64,000 nt of DNA from Auanema rhodensis (Eukaryota > Animalia > Nematoda). The stretch is from contig OZ059896.1 in the NCBI GenBank assembly GCA_964057225.1, forward strand, positions 6,200,001-6,264,000, read 5' to 3'. The notes under the pieces are model-generated. The model had not been told where the DNA came from, searched no databases, and was given only the letters and a program-made list of their open reading frames with translations. The stretch's first letter is position 1. Every line of letters starts with the position of its first letter. This document shows positions 63,693-64,000 of the stretch, in pieces. A program made the position numbers and the translations under genes.

Positions 63693-64000
63693 CTAAAAAT
63701 AAAGAAAAACAGTAAAGGAAAAAATTTTAAACTATAACCGAATCAGAATAGATTTTTTATAATTTTATAAAAAAAATTTATTTTATTAAATGAAATACCA
63801 ATAAAGAATATTCTATTAAATTTTTAAAATTGTATACTTTGAATAGAAAAAAACGAAAATTTATATATTTACGGTTGAAACGTCTAATATGAAAGATTAC
63901 ATATATCAGATCTTTCGTTAAATAATGTTTTAAAAACTAAACAAAACTAATAATTAAACATTAATATAATAACTTATCAGTGATATATTTAATTACTAAC

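Noticed and set aside
1-64000. CRISPR arrays, tRNA/rRNA genes, telomeric TTAGGC arrays, prokaryote-type systems
   Set aside because: None seen by eye; the sequence is intron-rich eukaryotic DNA. tRNAscan-SE and Infernal would be needed to exclude small RNAs formally.

Overview
AT-rich eukaryotic genomic DNA with nematode (rhabditid-like) gene architecture: very short (mostly ~40-55 nt) introns, T-rich AG acceptors just before start codons (consistent with trans-splicing) and operon-like spacing. The supplied ORF track fragments the genes, so the models below were spliced by hand. About 20 protein-coding genes are supported: epoxide hydrolase (5'-partial), MASK/ANKHD1, NFU1, a small secreted 8-Cys protein, an atypical calpain, a bestrophin, a GPI-type Ly6/uPAR-like protein, a minus-strand cluster FAM98-TMEM65-sec-10-RPAP3-like, MRPS21, an APC7-like TPR protein, a GLO-4/Claret-like RCC1 protein, a DUF229 protein, an Olig-family bHLH (hlh-17/32-like), glutamine synthetase, a small single-pass membrane protein and RASSF (rsf-1-like). 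Most notable: a six-exon 159-aa gene nested antisense in a RASSF intron; the four-exon secreted 8-Cys gene; an apparent nematode APC7; an Olig-bHLH next to glutamine synthetase with motif-rich non-coding DNA around them; a decayed Tc1/mariner element; and five GC-AG introns. No tRNA, rRNA or CRISPR array was found. Orthology and C. elegans synteny statements come from recognition and memory and need database confirmation.
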